From Candidatus Latescibacterota bacterium (lineage in GTDB: Bacteria > Latescibacterota > UBA2968 > UBA8231): a stretch of 64,000 bases of DNA. The notes under the pieces were generated by a model. That model ran no database searches and was not told the origin of the DNA. It saw only the letters and a program-made list of their open reading frames with translations. The stretch is taken from NCBI GenBank assembly GCA_964291625.2, contig OZ220089.1, positions 4,608,001 to 4,672,000 on the forward strand, in the 5' to 3' direction. The translations under genes were made by a program, and so were the position numbers. Below are positions 19,730 to 30,271 of the stretch, in pieces (the stretch's first letter is position 1; each line of letters starts with the position of its first letter).

Positions 19730-20488
19730 ATGACAGAAGTGAGCCTCCGCGATCTGCTCGAGGCGGGCACCCATTTCGGCCACCAGACCCGCCGCTGGGA
19801 TCCGAAGATGAAGCCCTTCATCTTCACCGAGCGCAACGGCATCCACATCGTCGATCTCAACAAGACGGTAAAGCGCCTCCAAGAGGCCACCGACGCCGTG
19901 CGCCGCACGGCGCAGCAGGGGCGGGCGGTGCTCTTCGTCGGCACCAAGAAGCAGGCCGTGGACGTCATCCGGTCCGAGGCCGAGCGCTGCGGCATGTTCT
20001 ACGTCACCGAGCGCTGGCTCGGCGGCATGCTGACCAACTGGCAGACGATCCGGCAGAACATCCGCCACCTGGACCACCTCGACCGCATCGCCGGCGACGG
20101 CACCTACGAGAAGCTCAAGAAGAAGGAGGTCCTGCTCCTGGAGAAGGAGCGGACCCGGATGGTCAGGACCCTGGAAGGGATCCGCAGAATGAACGGCATT
20201 CCGGGGCTCATCTACATCATCGACATCCGCAAGGAGCGGCTGGCCATGGCCGAGGCGCGCAAGCTCGGCATCCCCTCCGTGGCGATCGTCGACACCAACT
20301 GCGACCCCGAGGCGGTGACATACCCCGTGCCGGGGAACGACGATGCCATCCGTTCGATCGAGCTCATCACGCGCGCCGTGGCTGACGCGGTCATCGAGGG
20401 GAGCGCCGCCGCCGACAAGGGCCGGGGCGCCCGTACCGAAGAAGACGAGCCGGCCGCAGCGCCCGCCGAAGCCGCGACCTCCGCCTGA
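19730..20488 (+). CDS. rpsB: 30S ribosomal protein S2
   Basis: AGTHFGHQ, RWLGGMLTN, DTNCDP, PGNDDA. Confidence 0.97.
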   Translation: MTEVSLRDLLEAGTHFGHQTRRWDPKMKPFIFTERNGIHIVDLNKTVKRLQEATDAVRRTAQQGRAVLFVGTKKQAVDVIRSEAERCGMFYVTERWLGGMLTNWQTIRQNIRHLDHLDRIAGDGTYEKLKKKEVLLLEKERTRMVRTLEGIRRMNGIPGLIYIIDIRKERLAMAEARKLGIPSVAIVDTNCDPEAVTYPVPGNDDAIRSIELITRAVADAVIEGSAAADKGRGARTEEDEPAAAPAEAATSA

Positions 20489-20526
20489 GGGGCGTCCGGA
20501 GACCTGGAAGGGAGGCAGGAACAACC

Positions 20527-21126
<600 letters not shown>

Positions 21127-21159
21127 GTCCGGAGCCTGCCGTCGACGGCGCCCGATGAC

Positions 21160-21720
21160 ATGCTAGAAGAGATCTTCGACGAGGTTCGGCAGGCGATGGA
21201 AAACGCCATCGCCGCCCTGTTGCGGGATCTCGCCGGCATCCGCACGGGTCGCGCCACCGTCTCCCTTCTGGACGGGATCCGGATCGACTACTACGGCACG
21301 CCCACACCCCTGAACCAACTCGCCTCCATCAGCGCCCCGGAGCCGCGCCTGCTCACCGTCCGGCCCTACGAGCAGAGCCTCATCGATCCCGTTGAGAAGG
21401 CGATTCGCGCCGAGGCCTCTCTTGGCCTCAATCCCAGCAACGACGGCCAGATCATCCGCCTGCCGATCCCCGAGCTGACCGAGGAGCGCCGGATCCAGTT
21501 GACCCGGGTCGCCCGAAACCGGGCCGAGGAGGGGCGGGTGGCCGTGCGCCACGCCCGTCGGGACGGGCTGGACCTGATCGACGAGGCCAGGAAAGAGGGG
21601 GAGATTTCCGAGGACGAGGCGAGGCAGGGCCACGCCCGCATCCAGACCCTTACCGACGACTTCGTCAAGAAGGTGGACGAGACCATCAGGAACAAAGAGA
21701 CGGAGATCATGGAGGTCTGA
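21160..21720 (+). CDS. frr: Ribosome recycling factor
   Basis: IRTGRA, YYG.PTPL, LNPSNDG, P.LTEERR. Confidence 0.97.
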   Translation: MLEEIFDEVRQAMENAIAALLRDLAGIRTGRATVSLLDGIRIDYYGTPTPLNQLASISAPEPRLLTVRPYEQSLIDPVEKAIRAEASLGLNPSNDGQIIRLPIPELTEERRIQLTRVARNRAEEGRVAVRHARRDGLDLIDEARKEGEISEDEARQGHARIQTLTDDFVKKVDETIRNKETEIMEV

Positions 21721-21745
21721 CCTGAGCATGTCCTCGGCGGTCCCC

Positions 21746-21777
21746 GGGCGATGCGGCACCGCCGCGTCGCCCTTTTT
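21746..21777 (+). terminator. Intrinsic terminator after frr
   Basis: GGGCGATGCGGC-ACC-GCCGCGTCGCCC (12-bp stem) followed by TTTTT. Confidence 0.7.
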
Positions 21778-21930
21778 GCGCTCGCTGGTGAGGACTGATG
21801 TGCTCGGGGAGACCGCATGGCTCGCGATGAACGGGACCAGAGACAGCCTGAGGAGTGACGCGCAGGACGAAGGCAGCCACTGCGCGCTTTCGAGGCTCCC
21901 GAGAGTTGCAGCAGGCGAGGCCGCGTCGCC

Positions 21931-22815
21931 GTGATCGCCCCTCTCCTGCGCTCTGCGAGGCCCCGGCAGTGGGTGAAGAACCTGTTCGTTCTCGCCGCTC
22001 TCGTGTTCTCGGGGCACCTCCTGGATGCGGACTTCGCGCTCAACGCCCTGGCGGCGGCCCTGGCCTTCCTGCTCAGCAGCGCCTCCGTGTACCTGATCAA
22101 CGACGTGGCGGACGCGCATCGTGACCGGCTGCATCCGCAGAAGGCCCGGCGCCCCGTGGCCAGCGGCGCTCTCCCTCCCCGAGTGGCCGTCGGGGCGGCG
22201 GCGGTGCTCCTGGTGGGGAGCCTCGCGGGATCCTGGTTCCTGCAGCCCGCTTTCGCCGCCGTCATCGCCATCTACGCGGCCCTCAACCTCGCCTACTCCC
22301 TCGGGCTCAAGGACGCCTTCCTGGTGGACATTCTGATCGTGGCCGCCGGGTTCTTCCTCCGGGCCATGGGCGGCGCCGTGGCCATCGACGTGGCCATCTC
22401 CACCTGGTTCATCCTCTGCACCTGCACCCTCACTCTGTTCCTGGCCGCCGGCAAACGCCGCGGCGAGCTCGACCTGTTGCGGGAGGAGGCCGCCGGTCAT
22501 CGACCGGCCCTGGCGGCGTACGGGATCCCCTTCCTCGACCAGGTCATCGGAGTGCTGGCGTCGGCGACCATCGTCTGCTACGCCTTGTACGCAACCGGAG
22601 TCGGCGAGGGGGGACTCTCCGCCGGTCACCGGATGCAATGGACGATCCCCCTGGTGCTCTACGGGGTGCTGCGCTACCTCTATCTCGTTCACCGCAACGA
22701 GGCTGGAGCGGATCCGACGGCCCTGCTGTGGCACGACCGGCCCCTGCAGCTGGCCCTGGCCCTGTGGGCGGGACTTAGCCTGGCCCTGCTGTATGGAGTG
22801 GAACCGGCCGGATGA
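21931..22815 (+). CDS. UbiA-family prenyltransferase (decaprenyl-phosphate phosphoribosyltransferase-like)
   Basis: RPRQWVKN, YLINDVAD...DRLHP.K..RP.ASG, KRR.E, DPT. Confidence 0.88.
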   Translation: MIAPLLRSARPRQWVKNLFVLAALVFSGHLLDADFALNALAAALAFLLSSASVYLINDVADAHRDRLHPQKARRPVASGALPPRVAVGAAAVLLVGSLAGSWFLQPAFAAVIAIYAALNLAYSLGLKDAFLVDILIVAAGFFLRAMGGAVAIDVAISTWFILCTCTLTLFLAAGKRRGELDLLREEAAGHRPALAAYGIPFLDQVIGVLASATIVCYALYATGVGEGGLSAGHRMQWTIPLVLYGVLRYLYLVHRNEAGADPTALLWHDRPLQLALALWAGLSLALLYGVEPAG

Positions 22816-22831
22816 AGGCCTCCGGGCTCCC

Positions 22832-22860
22832 TTGACGGCCCGTCCACGGCTCGTCAGAAT
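22832..22860 (+). promoter_or_regulatory. Putative promoter of cfa
   Basis: TTGACG-N17-CAGAAT. Confidence 0.4.
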
Positions 22861-22944
22861 CAGGTGGCCGGCGCGCGGGATCGACCCGGTCCGGCCCCAT
22901 GCGACGCCAGCCGTTTTGTCGGCGCTAGGTGCGCCGTTGCCGCC

Positions 22945-24126
22945 ATGAACGCTGACGATCCCAACGAGCAGTCCCCTCCGGGACGGGTTTCGGCAGATCC
23001 GAGGCCCCTCCTCTCCCGCCTCAACCCCCGTCGATTCGTCATCGGCCGGCTGGCCACGGTCGATGTCGGCGTCGACGGCAGGCGGGACTGGGACCTGCAG
23101 GTGCACGATGACCGGTTCTACGGCCGGTTGCTGCGTGCGGGCTCATTGGGGATGGGCGAGAGCTACATGGACGGCTGGTGGGACTGCCGCCGCCTCGACG
23201 AGATGATCCACCGGATCCTGCGGGGAGGTCTGAAGGAGAGCGCCAGAAGCTGGTCCCGCGTCGGTGCCAGCCTGCGGGCTTCCTTCGTCAACCTGCAAAG
23301 CGTCTCCCGCGCCTTTCAGGTCGGGCAGCGCCACTACGACATCGGCGAGGACCTGTTCCGGCGCATGCTCGACCAGCGCATGATCTACAGCTGTGCGTAC
23401 TGGAATGAGGCCGATGATCTCGACGCCGCCCAGGAGGCAAAGCTCGACCTCATCTGCCGGAAGCTGGGTCTGCGGCCGGGCATGAAGGTGCTCGACATCG
23501 GCTGTGGCTGGGGGGGGACGCTGCAGTATGCCGCCGAGCGCTACGGCGTCGAAGGCGTGGGCGTCACTATCTCACGGGACCAGGCGGAGCATGCGCGCCG
23601 GCGGTGCGACGGTCTGCCGATCGAGATCCGGCTTCAGGACTACCGCGAGTTGGAGGGGCCCTTCGATCGCGTCCTGTCCGTGGGCATGTTCGAGCACGTG
23701 GGCGTGAGGAACTACCGGGTCTTCATGCAGGTCGTGCGCCGCTGTCTCGCTACGGACGGGCTGTTCCTGTTGCACACCATCGGCAGCAACCGTTCCAACC
23801 TGGCCGGCGACGTCTGGATCGACCGCTACATCTTTCCGAATGCGAAGCTGCCTTCCGTCCGACAGATCGCCGAGGCGGCGGAGGGTCTGTTCGTACTCGA
23901 GGACTGGCACAACATCGGCGCCAACTACGATCCCACCCTGATGGCCTGGCACGCCAACCTCGAGCCCCGGTGGGACGAGATTCCGCACTACGACGAACGG
24001 TTCAGACGGATGTGGCGCTACTACCTGCTCGCCTGCGCGGGGTCCTTCCGGGCGCGGCGGAACCAGGTGTGGCAGATCGTCCTGTCCCCGGGGGGCGTGA
24101 CCAGCGGGTACCGGGGGCAACGCTGA
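22945..24126 (+). CDS. cfa: Cyclopropane-fatty-acyl-phospholipid synthase
   Basis: GESYMDGWW, HYDIG, YSCAYW, LDIGCGWG, SVGMFEHVG, YIFP, RMWRYYL. Confidence 0.93.
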   Translation: MNADDPNEQSPPGRVSADPRPLLSRLNPRRFVIGRLATVDVGVDGRRDWDLQVHDDRFYGRLLRAGSLGMGESYMDGWWDCRRLDEMIHRILRGGLKESARSWSRVGASLRASFVNLQSVSRAFQVGQRHYDIGEDLFRRMLDQRMIYSCAYWNEADDLDAAQEAKLDLICRKLGLRPGMKVLDIGCGWGGTLQYAAERYGVEGVGVTISRDQAEHARRRCDGLPIEIRLQDYRELEGPFDRVLSVGMFEHVGVRNYRVFMQVVRRCLATDGLFLLHTIGSNRSNLAGDVWIDRYIFPNAKLPSVRQIAEAAEGLFVLEDWHNIGANYDPTLMAWHANLEPRWDEIPHYDERFRRMWRYYLLACAGSFRARRNQVWQIVLSPGGVTSGYRGQR

Positions 24127-24165
24127 GCCGCGACGGTCCCCTGTCGCCGATGCGAGGCCTGGGAG

Positions 24166-24241
24166 TGGTGGAGCAGATCGGGATCGAACCGACGACCTCA
24201 GGCTTGCAAAGCCCGCGCTCTCCCAACTGAGCTACTGCCCC
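24166..24241 (-). tRNA. tRNA-Ala(UGC)
   Basis: 76-nt cloverleaf GGGGCAG...TTTGCAA...GTTCGA...CTCCACCA; G3:U70 Ala identity pair; encoded CCA. Confidence 0.97.
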
Positions 24242-24375
24242 GTCCGGCTTGCCGCATTCGACAATAGCCATGGGTGCAAAGAGCGTCAATCGTGGACGAT
24301 TAGCCGGGACGCCGGGACGAACGGAGGTTCGCATGCGGGGGCCAGGCCTGACTTGCCGCGCCCCCGCGGCGCTCC

Positions 24376-24801
24376 TCAGGCCGCCAGTTCGAGCTCTTCG
24401 CCCTCCTCCTCCGCGACCTCCTCGGCCACGTCCTGAACGTCTCCGTTGACGGCGGAAGCGCGCTCGAGGATCTGCAGGTTGCGCACCTGCACCTCGACGA
24501 TGGTGTGGGAGTTCTCCTCCTCGTCCCGCCAACTGTTGCTCTTCAGGCGTCCGCTGAGGAACACGGGGGTGCCCTTGTGCAGTCGGTCGGCCATGCGCTC
24601 GGCGAGCTGCCCCCACATGACGATCTGGAAGAACGAGGCCTCGTCCTGCCACTCGTCGTTGCGGTCGCGGTAGGCGCGGTTGACGGCGATCCGAGCCGTG
24701 AGCCGGCCGAACCCGCCTTCGGTGATTCGGAACTCCGGATCCTGCGTCAACCGGCCGGCAAGGGCAACCTGGTTGATGGACGGCATCTTCAAGTCGGACA
24801 T
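24376..24801 (-). CDS. ssb: Single-stranded DNA-binding protein
   Basis: INQVALAGRLTQDPE, IAVNR, W...AE, KG..V...GRL...W; GGAGG RBS. Confidence 0.9.
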   Translation of the reverse strand: MSDLKMPSINQVALAGRLTQDPEFRITEGGFGRLTARIAVNRAYRDRNDEWQDEASFFQIVMWGQLAERMADRLHKGTPVFLSGRLKSNSWRDEEENSHTIVEVQVRNLQILERASAVNGDVQDVAEEVAEEEGEELELAA

Positions 24802-25075
24802 GACATCCTCCAAGTGGTGGTGGTGGGGACAGGTCGAGCGGGGCCGACCCGTGAACGGACCCTGGTGATGCACGACTCGTGCCAGGGCGGGTCGACGGTT
24901 CCATCTCGTTGGACCGCAGTCGACTGCGACCTCACGCTCCCGGCCGGGGGGGCGGGCGTGCGTGTGGCCTGACGGTGACGGCCCCGGGAACCGTGGCACC
25001 CGCTGGCATCTGCGGGGGACGCAGCCGTCATGCGGTCCGATTGTCCCGTACCAAGCCGCTCGTTAGATTCCGCCC

Positions 25076-27163
25076 GTGACCGCCGACTCCCCATCTTCTG
25101 TCCGCCCCAACCGTCTTTCCCGCGAGACCAGTCCCTACCTGCAGCAGCATGCCCACAACCCCGTGGACTGGTTCCCATGGGGGGATGAGGCCCTGGATCT
25201 GGCCCGGCGGCAGGATCGGCCGATCCTGTTGTCGGTGGGATACTCCGCCTGCCACTGGTGCCACGTGATGGAACGCGAGTCCTTCGAGAACGCGGCCATC
25301 GCGGCCCTGATGAACCGGCACTTCGTCAACATCAAGGTCGACCGCGAGGAGCGTCCCGAGGTCGACGAGATCTACATGGCGGCGGTGCAGGCCATGACCG
25401 GCAGCGGCGGCTGGCCCATGACCGTCTTCCTCACCCCCGACCTGCGGCCGTTCTTCGGCGGCACCTACTTCCCCCCCGACGACCGCTACGGGCGCCCCGG
25501 ATTCGGCCGGGTTCTGGAGGCCGTGGCGGCGCATTACAGCGATCACCGGGACCGCGTCGAGGAGAGGGCCGCCGAGCTGCGCCGGTTCCTGGTGCAGAAC
25601 GCGGCTCCACTGGCACGGTCCGGGGCGATCGCCGATGGCCTCGTGGAGGCCGCCGCCCGCCAGCTGGTGCGAGATCACGACGAGACCCATGGAGGGTTCA
25701 GCAACCAGGGCCCCAAGTTCCCCAACAGCGGCGGGCTCTCCCTGCTCCTGCGCCACTGGAGCGACGGTGGCGGGGGGGCGGCCCTGGAGACCGCCGCCCA
25801 CACCCTGACGCGGATGGCTCGCGGCGGCATCTACGACCACCTCGGCGGCGGTTTCCACCGCTATTCCGTCGACGAGCGCTGGCTCGTACCGCACTTCGAG
25901 AAGATGCTCTACGACAATGCGCTGCTGGTGCCGGTCTACCTCGATGCCTGGCAGGCCACGGGAACCGATCTCTACGAGTGCGTCGCCCGCGAGACCCTGG
26001 ACTACGTGATCCGGGAGATGACCACGCCGGAGGGGGGGTACTGCGCGACCCAGGACGCCGACTCGGAGGGCGAGGAGGGCCGGTTCTTCGTGTGGACGCC
26101 GGAGCAGGTGGAGGAGGTGATCGAGGACGAGGAGACGGCGCGCCTGTTCTGCCGTACGTACGACGTGACGCCGGAAGGCAACTTCGAGGGCCGCAGCATC
26201 CTCCATCTCTCCTCCGAGCCCGGGGAGCTGGCCCGCTTCCTCGGTGTCGATCCACAGCGGCTGGCGTCGTCCACTTCGGCGGCCAGGGCTGCCTTGTTCG
26301 AGGCGCGCCGGCGGCGGGTGGCCCCGGACCGGGACGACAAGGTGATCGCCTCGTGGAACGGCCTGATGATCGGAGCCATGGCCCGCGGCGCCCAGGTCCT
26401 GGGGGAGCCGGCCTATCTGGCCTCGGCGCGCCGGGCGGCTCGCTTCGTCCTCGACGGCATGGTCCCGGAGGGCCGGCTGCTGCACGTCTACAAGGATGGC
26501 GAGGCCCGCATCGCCGCCTGCCAGGACGACTATGCCGCCCTGGTGGCCGGCCTCGTGGACCTCTACGAGGCGACCTTCGAGGCGGGCTGGCTCCTCGAGG
26601 CCACCACCCTCGCGAGGGCGATGATCGAACGCTTCTGGGATCCCGACGAGGGCGGGTTCTTCTTCGTCGACGCCGGCCGCGGAGACCTCCTCGTACGCAC
26701 GAAGAACCCCTTCGATGGAGCGACCCCGGCCGGCAATTCGCTGGCGGTCCTGGCCCTTCTGCGCCTGGGCACCCTCACCGGCGAGGCCGACTTTCTCCGC
26801 TGTGCCGAGGAGACCCTGCACCTCTATGGCCGGCTCCTCGAGCGGTCTCCCGGGGCCTGTCCCTTCATGGCCTGCGCCCTGCACCAGTACCGCCGGGGCG
26901 CCGTGGAGGTCACGGTGGTAGGCGCGGAAGAGTCCCGCCGGCCCTTCGTCGAGGCCGCCAACCGGCCGTACCTGCCGACACGCGTGCTATCGGGAGGAGC
27001 CGGGGTCGCAGCCCCGGCGGAGGCCGTGGTCCCGGCCCTGGCCGAGCGCCGCCCCGGCGCCGCGGGGGAGGCCCGTGCCTACGTCTGCCGCGATTCGGTC
27101 TGCTCTGCTCCCGTGGAGGACGTGACCGAACTCACTCGCCTCCTCGCCGGGGAAGATGGCTGA
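25076..27163 (+). CDS. Thioredoxin domain-containing protein (DUF255/YyaL family)
   Basis: [39 protein letters not shown]. Confidence 0.92.
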   Translation: MTADSPSSVRPNRLSRETSPYLQQHAHNPVDWFPWGDEALDLARRQDRPILLSVGYSACHWCHVMERESFENAAIAALMNRHFVNIKVDREERPEVDEIYMAAVQAMTGSGGWPMTVFLTPDLRPFFGGTYFPPDDRYGRPGFGRVLEAVAAHYSDHRDRVEERAAELRRFLVQNAAPLARSGAIADGLVEAAARQLVRDHDETHGGFSNQGPKFPNSGGLSLLLRHWSDGGGGAALETAAHTLTRMARGGIYDHLGGGFHRYSVDERWLVPHFEKMLYDNALLVPVYLDAWQATGTDLYECVARETLDYVIREMTTPEGGYCATQDADSEGEEGRFFVWTPEQVEEVIEDEETARLFCRTYDVTPEGNFEGRSILHLSSEPGELARFLGVDPQRLASSTSAARAALFEARRRRVAPDRDDKVIASWNGLMIGAMARGAQVLGEPAYLASARRAARFVLDGMVPEGRLLHVYKDGEARIAACQDDYAALVAGLVDLYEATFEAGWLLEATTLARAMIERFWDPDEGGFFFVDAGRGDLLVRTKNPFDGATPAGNSLAVLALLRLGTLTGEADFLRCAEETLHLYGRLLERSPGACPFMACALHQYRRGAVEVTVVGAEESRRPFVEAANRPYLPTRVLSGGAGVAAPAEAVVPALAERRPGAAGEARAYVCRDSVCSAPVEDVTELTRLLAGEDG

Positions 27164-28109
27164 GGGCAGGGTCGCCACCTCGATCCTCGACACGGTCGGG
27201 GACACGCCCATGGTGCCCCTGCGCCGCATGGTACCGCGCGGGAGCGCCAGGATCCTGTGCAAGCTGGAGGCCCTCAACCCGGCTGGCAGCGTGAAGGACC
27301 GCATCGGTCTGAGCATGATCCGCGCCGCCGAGGGCGACGGACGCCTCAGGCCGGGCATGAGGATCGTGGAGCCCACCAGCGGCAACACGGGGATCGCCCT
27401 CGCCATGGTTGCAGCCGCCCTCGGGTACGACCTCGTGCTGACCATGCCCGACCACATGAGCGAGGAGCGCATCTCGGTGATGGCGGCGTACGGGGCCCGA
27501 ATCGAGCTGACGCCCGCCGAGCAGGACATGGCGGGAGCCATCGACCGGGCCGAGGAGATCGTCGCCGCCGATCCCGCGGGCTCCTTCATGCCGCAGCAGT
27601 TCGGCAATCCCGCCAACCCGGAGGTGCACAGACGAACGACGGCTCGGGAGATTCTGCAGGCTCTGGGCGGCCGGATCGACGCCTTCGTCGCCGGTGTCGG
27701 GACGGGGGGCACCATCAGTGGTGTCGGCGGCGTCCTCCGCGAGGAGCTGGGACCGGCGCTGCGGATCGTGGCTGTCGAGCCCGCTCGCTCCCCCGTGCTG
27801 TCCGGGGGCGAGGCGGGGGTCCACGGCATCCAGGGGATCGGCGCCGGGTTCGTGCCGGAGGTGCTCGATCGCTCGGTGATCGACGAGGTGATCGCCGTCG
27901 AGGACGAGGAGGCCTTTCTCCACACCCGGCGCCTGGCGCGCGAGGAAGGTCTGCTCGTGGGCCCCTCCTCCGGAGCCAATGTCGCCACGGCGCTGAGGGT
28001 GGGGCTCGAGCTGGGAGAGGGGGCCGCCGTGGTCACCGTGCTGTGCGACACGGGATTCCGCTATTTCAGCGTCGACGGCTTCGCCGGCGAGTCCGGCGGC
28101 ACGGGGTGA
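27156..28109 (+). CDS. cysK: Cysteine synthase A
   Basis: [28 protein letters not shown]. Confidence 0.92.
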   Translation: MAEGRVATSILDTVGDTPMVPLRRMVPRGSARILCKLEALNPAGSVKDRIGLSMIRAAEGDGRLRPGMRIVEPTSGNTGIALAMVAAALGYDLVLTMPDHMSEERISVMAAYGARIELTPAEQDMAGAIDRAEEIVAADPAGSFMPQQFGNPANPEVHRRTTAREILQALGGRIDAFVAGVGTGGTISGVGGVLREELGPALRIVAVEPARSPVLSGGEAGVHGIQGIGAGFVPEVLDRSVIDEVIAVEDEEAFLHTRRLAREEGLLVGPSSGANVATALRVGLELGEGAAVVTVLCDTGFRYFSVDGFAGESGGTG

Positions 28110-28118
28110 GGGCTCGCG

Positions 28119-28159
28119 TTGACACTCCCGCGGGGGCTGGTTACATTCGCGAGAGTCAA
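28119..28159 (+). promoter_or_regulatory. Putative promoter and operator of the MerR-iscA-iscS unit
   Basis: TTGACA-N17-TACATT; palindromic CCCGCGGG in the spacer; flanking imperfect inverted repeat TTGACACTC...GAGAGTCAA. Confidence 0.55.
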
Positions 28160-28194
28160 ATAGAAACAACCTCTTGGCAGTCCCTGAACCCACA

Positions 28195-28656
28195 ATGCAG
28201 ATCGGTGACTTGGCCGCGCGCGCAGGTGTCTCAACGCGGACCCTCCGCTACTACGAGGAGCTCGGGATCATCGAGCCCGTGGCGCGGACCAACGGCGGCT
28301 TCAGGAGGTACGGCGCCGACCAGTTGCGCCGGTTGCAGATCATCCAGGGCCTCAAGGCTCTGGGTTTCGAGCTCGAGCAGGTGCGCCGGTTGTTCTCCGT
28401 GCGTGAGACGGCCGAGACCGGCGGCGACCTGGCATGTCAGATGATCGGTTTGCTCCAGGGTCAGCAGGAGGAGATCGACCGACGGATCGCCCAGTACCAG
28501 GAGATGAGGGAGCGGAACCTGCGCGGTATCGAAGTGCTGCGCGGATGTCTCCTCTGCGAGATACCGGTCTTCGAGCGTGACTGCCAGAACTGCGAGACCT
28601 ACCGATGTCACGAGGATGTCCCCGACCTCGTGGAGTACGCCATCTTCCGACGCTGA
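28195..28656 (+). CDS. MerR-family transcriptional regulator with Cys-rich C-terminus
   Basis: MQIGDLA..GVS.RTLRYYEE.G, R.Y, LGF.L; C-terminal CLLC-x8-CQNC-x4-CH. Confidence 0.9.
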   Translation: MQIGDLAARAGVSTRTLRYYEELGIIEPVARTNGGFRRYGADQLRRLQIIQGLKALGFELEQVRRLFSVRETAETGGDLACQMIGLLQGQQEEIDRRIAQYQEMRERNLRGIEVLRGCLLCEIPVFERDCQNCETYRCHEDVPDLVEYAIFRR

Positions 28657-28688
28657 GTACAACGTCGCCTGCCTCTCTGCCCAAGCCG

Positions 28689-29012
28689 ATGATCACCGTT
28701 TCCGACGAAGCCGCTGAGAAGATCCGGAACCTTCTGGACAGGGAGGGATCCCCGGGGCGCGGCCTGCGCGTGGCGGTCCGGGGAGGCGGGTGCTCCGGCT
28801 TTCAGTACCAGCTCGATTTCGAAGAGGCGGCCGGCGACATGGACCAGGTCGTCGAGTCAAACGGTGTCCGCATCTTCGTCGATCCCAAGAGCAGCCTCTA
28901 CCTCAACGGTGTCATCCTGCGTTACGACGACGGTCTGATGGGGGCAGGTTTCCAGGTGGAGAACCCCAACGCCCGGACCACCTGCGGCTGTGGCGAGTCC
29001 TTCTCCGTCTGA
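28689..29012 (+). CDS. iscA: A-type Fe-S carrier (IscA/ErpA/HesB family)
   Basis: GGGCSG.QY, NPNA..TCGCGESF. Confidence 0.93.
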   Translation: MITVSDEAAEKIRNLLDREGSPGRGLRVAVRGGGCSGFQYQLDFEEAAGDMDQVVESNGVRIFVDPKSSLYLNGVILRYDDGLMGAGFQVENPNARTTCGCGESFSV

Positions 29013-30195
29013 CCTGCCCCCGGGCGGGCCTTCCCGGCACATACCCTACCTCGACAATCTGGCCACCACGCCCGTGGACCCGCGCGTCCTGAAGGCGATG
29101 TGGCCGTACTTCACCACTCACTTCGGCAATCCTTCCAGCAGGACCCACGCCTACGGCTGGGGGGCGACGGAGGCCGTCGACCGGGCCCGCGCCCAGGTGG
29201 CCGCCCTGATCGGCGCCGCTCCCCGCGAGATCCTCTTCACCAGCGGCGCCACCGAGGCCAACAACCTGGCCATCAAGGGTGTGGCCGAGGCCAACCGGGA
29301 CCGCGGCGACCACCTCGTGACCTGCGTCACGGAACATCGAGCCGTGCTCGATGTCTTCGCCGCCCTGGAGCGCCGCGGCTTCCGGGTGACCCGTCTGCCC
29401 GTCGACAGCGCCGGAAGCGTCGATCTCGAGCGGTTGGAGGAGGCCCTCGCCGAGGAGCCGGTGCTGCTCTCCCTGATGGCCGCCAACAACGAGATCGGCA
29501 CCCTGCAGCCGCTGGAGGAGATCGGGCGCCTGGTGGCGGCCAGCGGTGTCATCTGGCACTGCGACGCCGCCCAGGCCGTCGGCAAGGTGCCGGTGGACGT
29601 CGCCGGTCTTCCCGTCGACCTGCTGTCGATGTCGGCCCACAAGCTCTACGGACCGAAGGGGCAGGGCGCGCTCTTCGTCCGCCGCCGGAAGCCGCCTCTG
29701 CGCCTGACCCCGCTCATCGAAGGAGGAGGGCAGGAGCGCGGATTGCGTTCCGGTACCCTGAACGTCCCCGGGATCGTCGGCCTCGGCGAGGCCTGCCGCC
29801 TGGGCGGCGAGGAGATGTCCACCGATGCCGCGCGCATCGGGGCCCTGCGCGACGATCTGGAGTCGCGGCTCCTCGATGGCCTTGCGGGACAGGTCCGCCG
29901 CAACGGTGACCCGCGCAGACGCCTGCCGGGCGCGCTGAGCGTCTCCTTCGCCGGCATCCACGGGAGCGATCTGCTGCTGGCTCTGCGGGACCTGGCCGTC
30001 TCCGCGGGCTCGGCGTGCTCTTCCGGTAGCGGCGAGCCGTCCCACGTGCTCAAGGCGATCGGGTGTGACGACGCCACGTCGGCCGCGACGCTGCGCTTCG
30101 GCATCGGACGCTTCAACACGGCCGGCGACATCGACCTTGCGGCGCGCCGCACCGTCCACGAGGCCCGGCGTCTCGCCACGCCTTCTCTCGCCTGA
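28990..30195 (+). CDS. iscS: Cysteine desulfurase (IscS/NifS type)
   Basis: YLDN.ATT, FGNPSS, FTSGATE, SAHKLYGPKG, RSGT, S.GSACSS; start uncertain. Confidence 0.92.
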   Translation: MASPSPSDLPPGGPSRHIPYLDNLATTPVDPRVLKAMWPYFTTHFGNPSSRTHAYGWGATEAVDRARAQVAALIGAAPREILFTSGATEANNLAIKGVAEANRDRGDHLVTCVTEHRAVLDVFAALERRGFRVTRLPVDSAGSVDLERLEEALAEEPVLLSLMAANNEIGTLQPLEEIGRLVAASGVIWHCDAAQAVGKVPVDVAGLPVDLLSMSAHKLYGPKGQGALFVRRRKPPLRLTPLIEGGGQERGLRSGTLNVPGIVGLGEACRLGGEEMSTDAARIGALRDDLESRLLDGLAGQVRRNGDPRRRLPGALSVSFAGIHGSDLLLALRDLAVSAGSACSSGSGEPSHVLKAIGCDDATSAATLRFGIGRFNTAGDIDLAARRTVHEARRLATPSLA

Positions 30196-30202
30196 GACGG
30201 TC

Positions 30203-30230
30203 TTGCGGGAAGCGGGGTGGTCCCTAGCTT
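30203..30230 (+). promoter_or_regulatory. Possible promoter upstream of the moeB-like gene
   Basis: TTGCGG-N16-TAGCTT, same -10 as the rplM and queA candidates. Confidence 0.3.
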
Positions 30231-30271
30231 CTTGGCCGACGAGTACACCAAACAGGATGGAGAAGACCAGA

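Noticed and set aside
21728-21934. 68-aa ORF bridging frr and the ubiA-like gene
   Set aside because: It runs through a terminator hairpin, has atypical codons and shows no recognisable motif.
22816-24165. cfa as an island integrated at the tRNA-Ala 3' end
   Set aside because: No duplicated tRNA 3' end and no integrase nearby.
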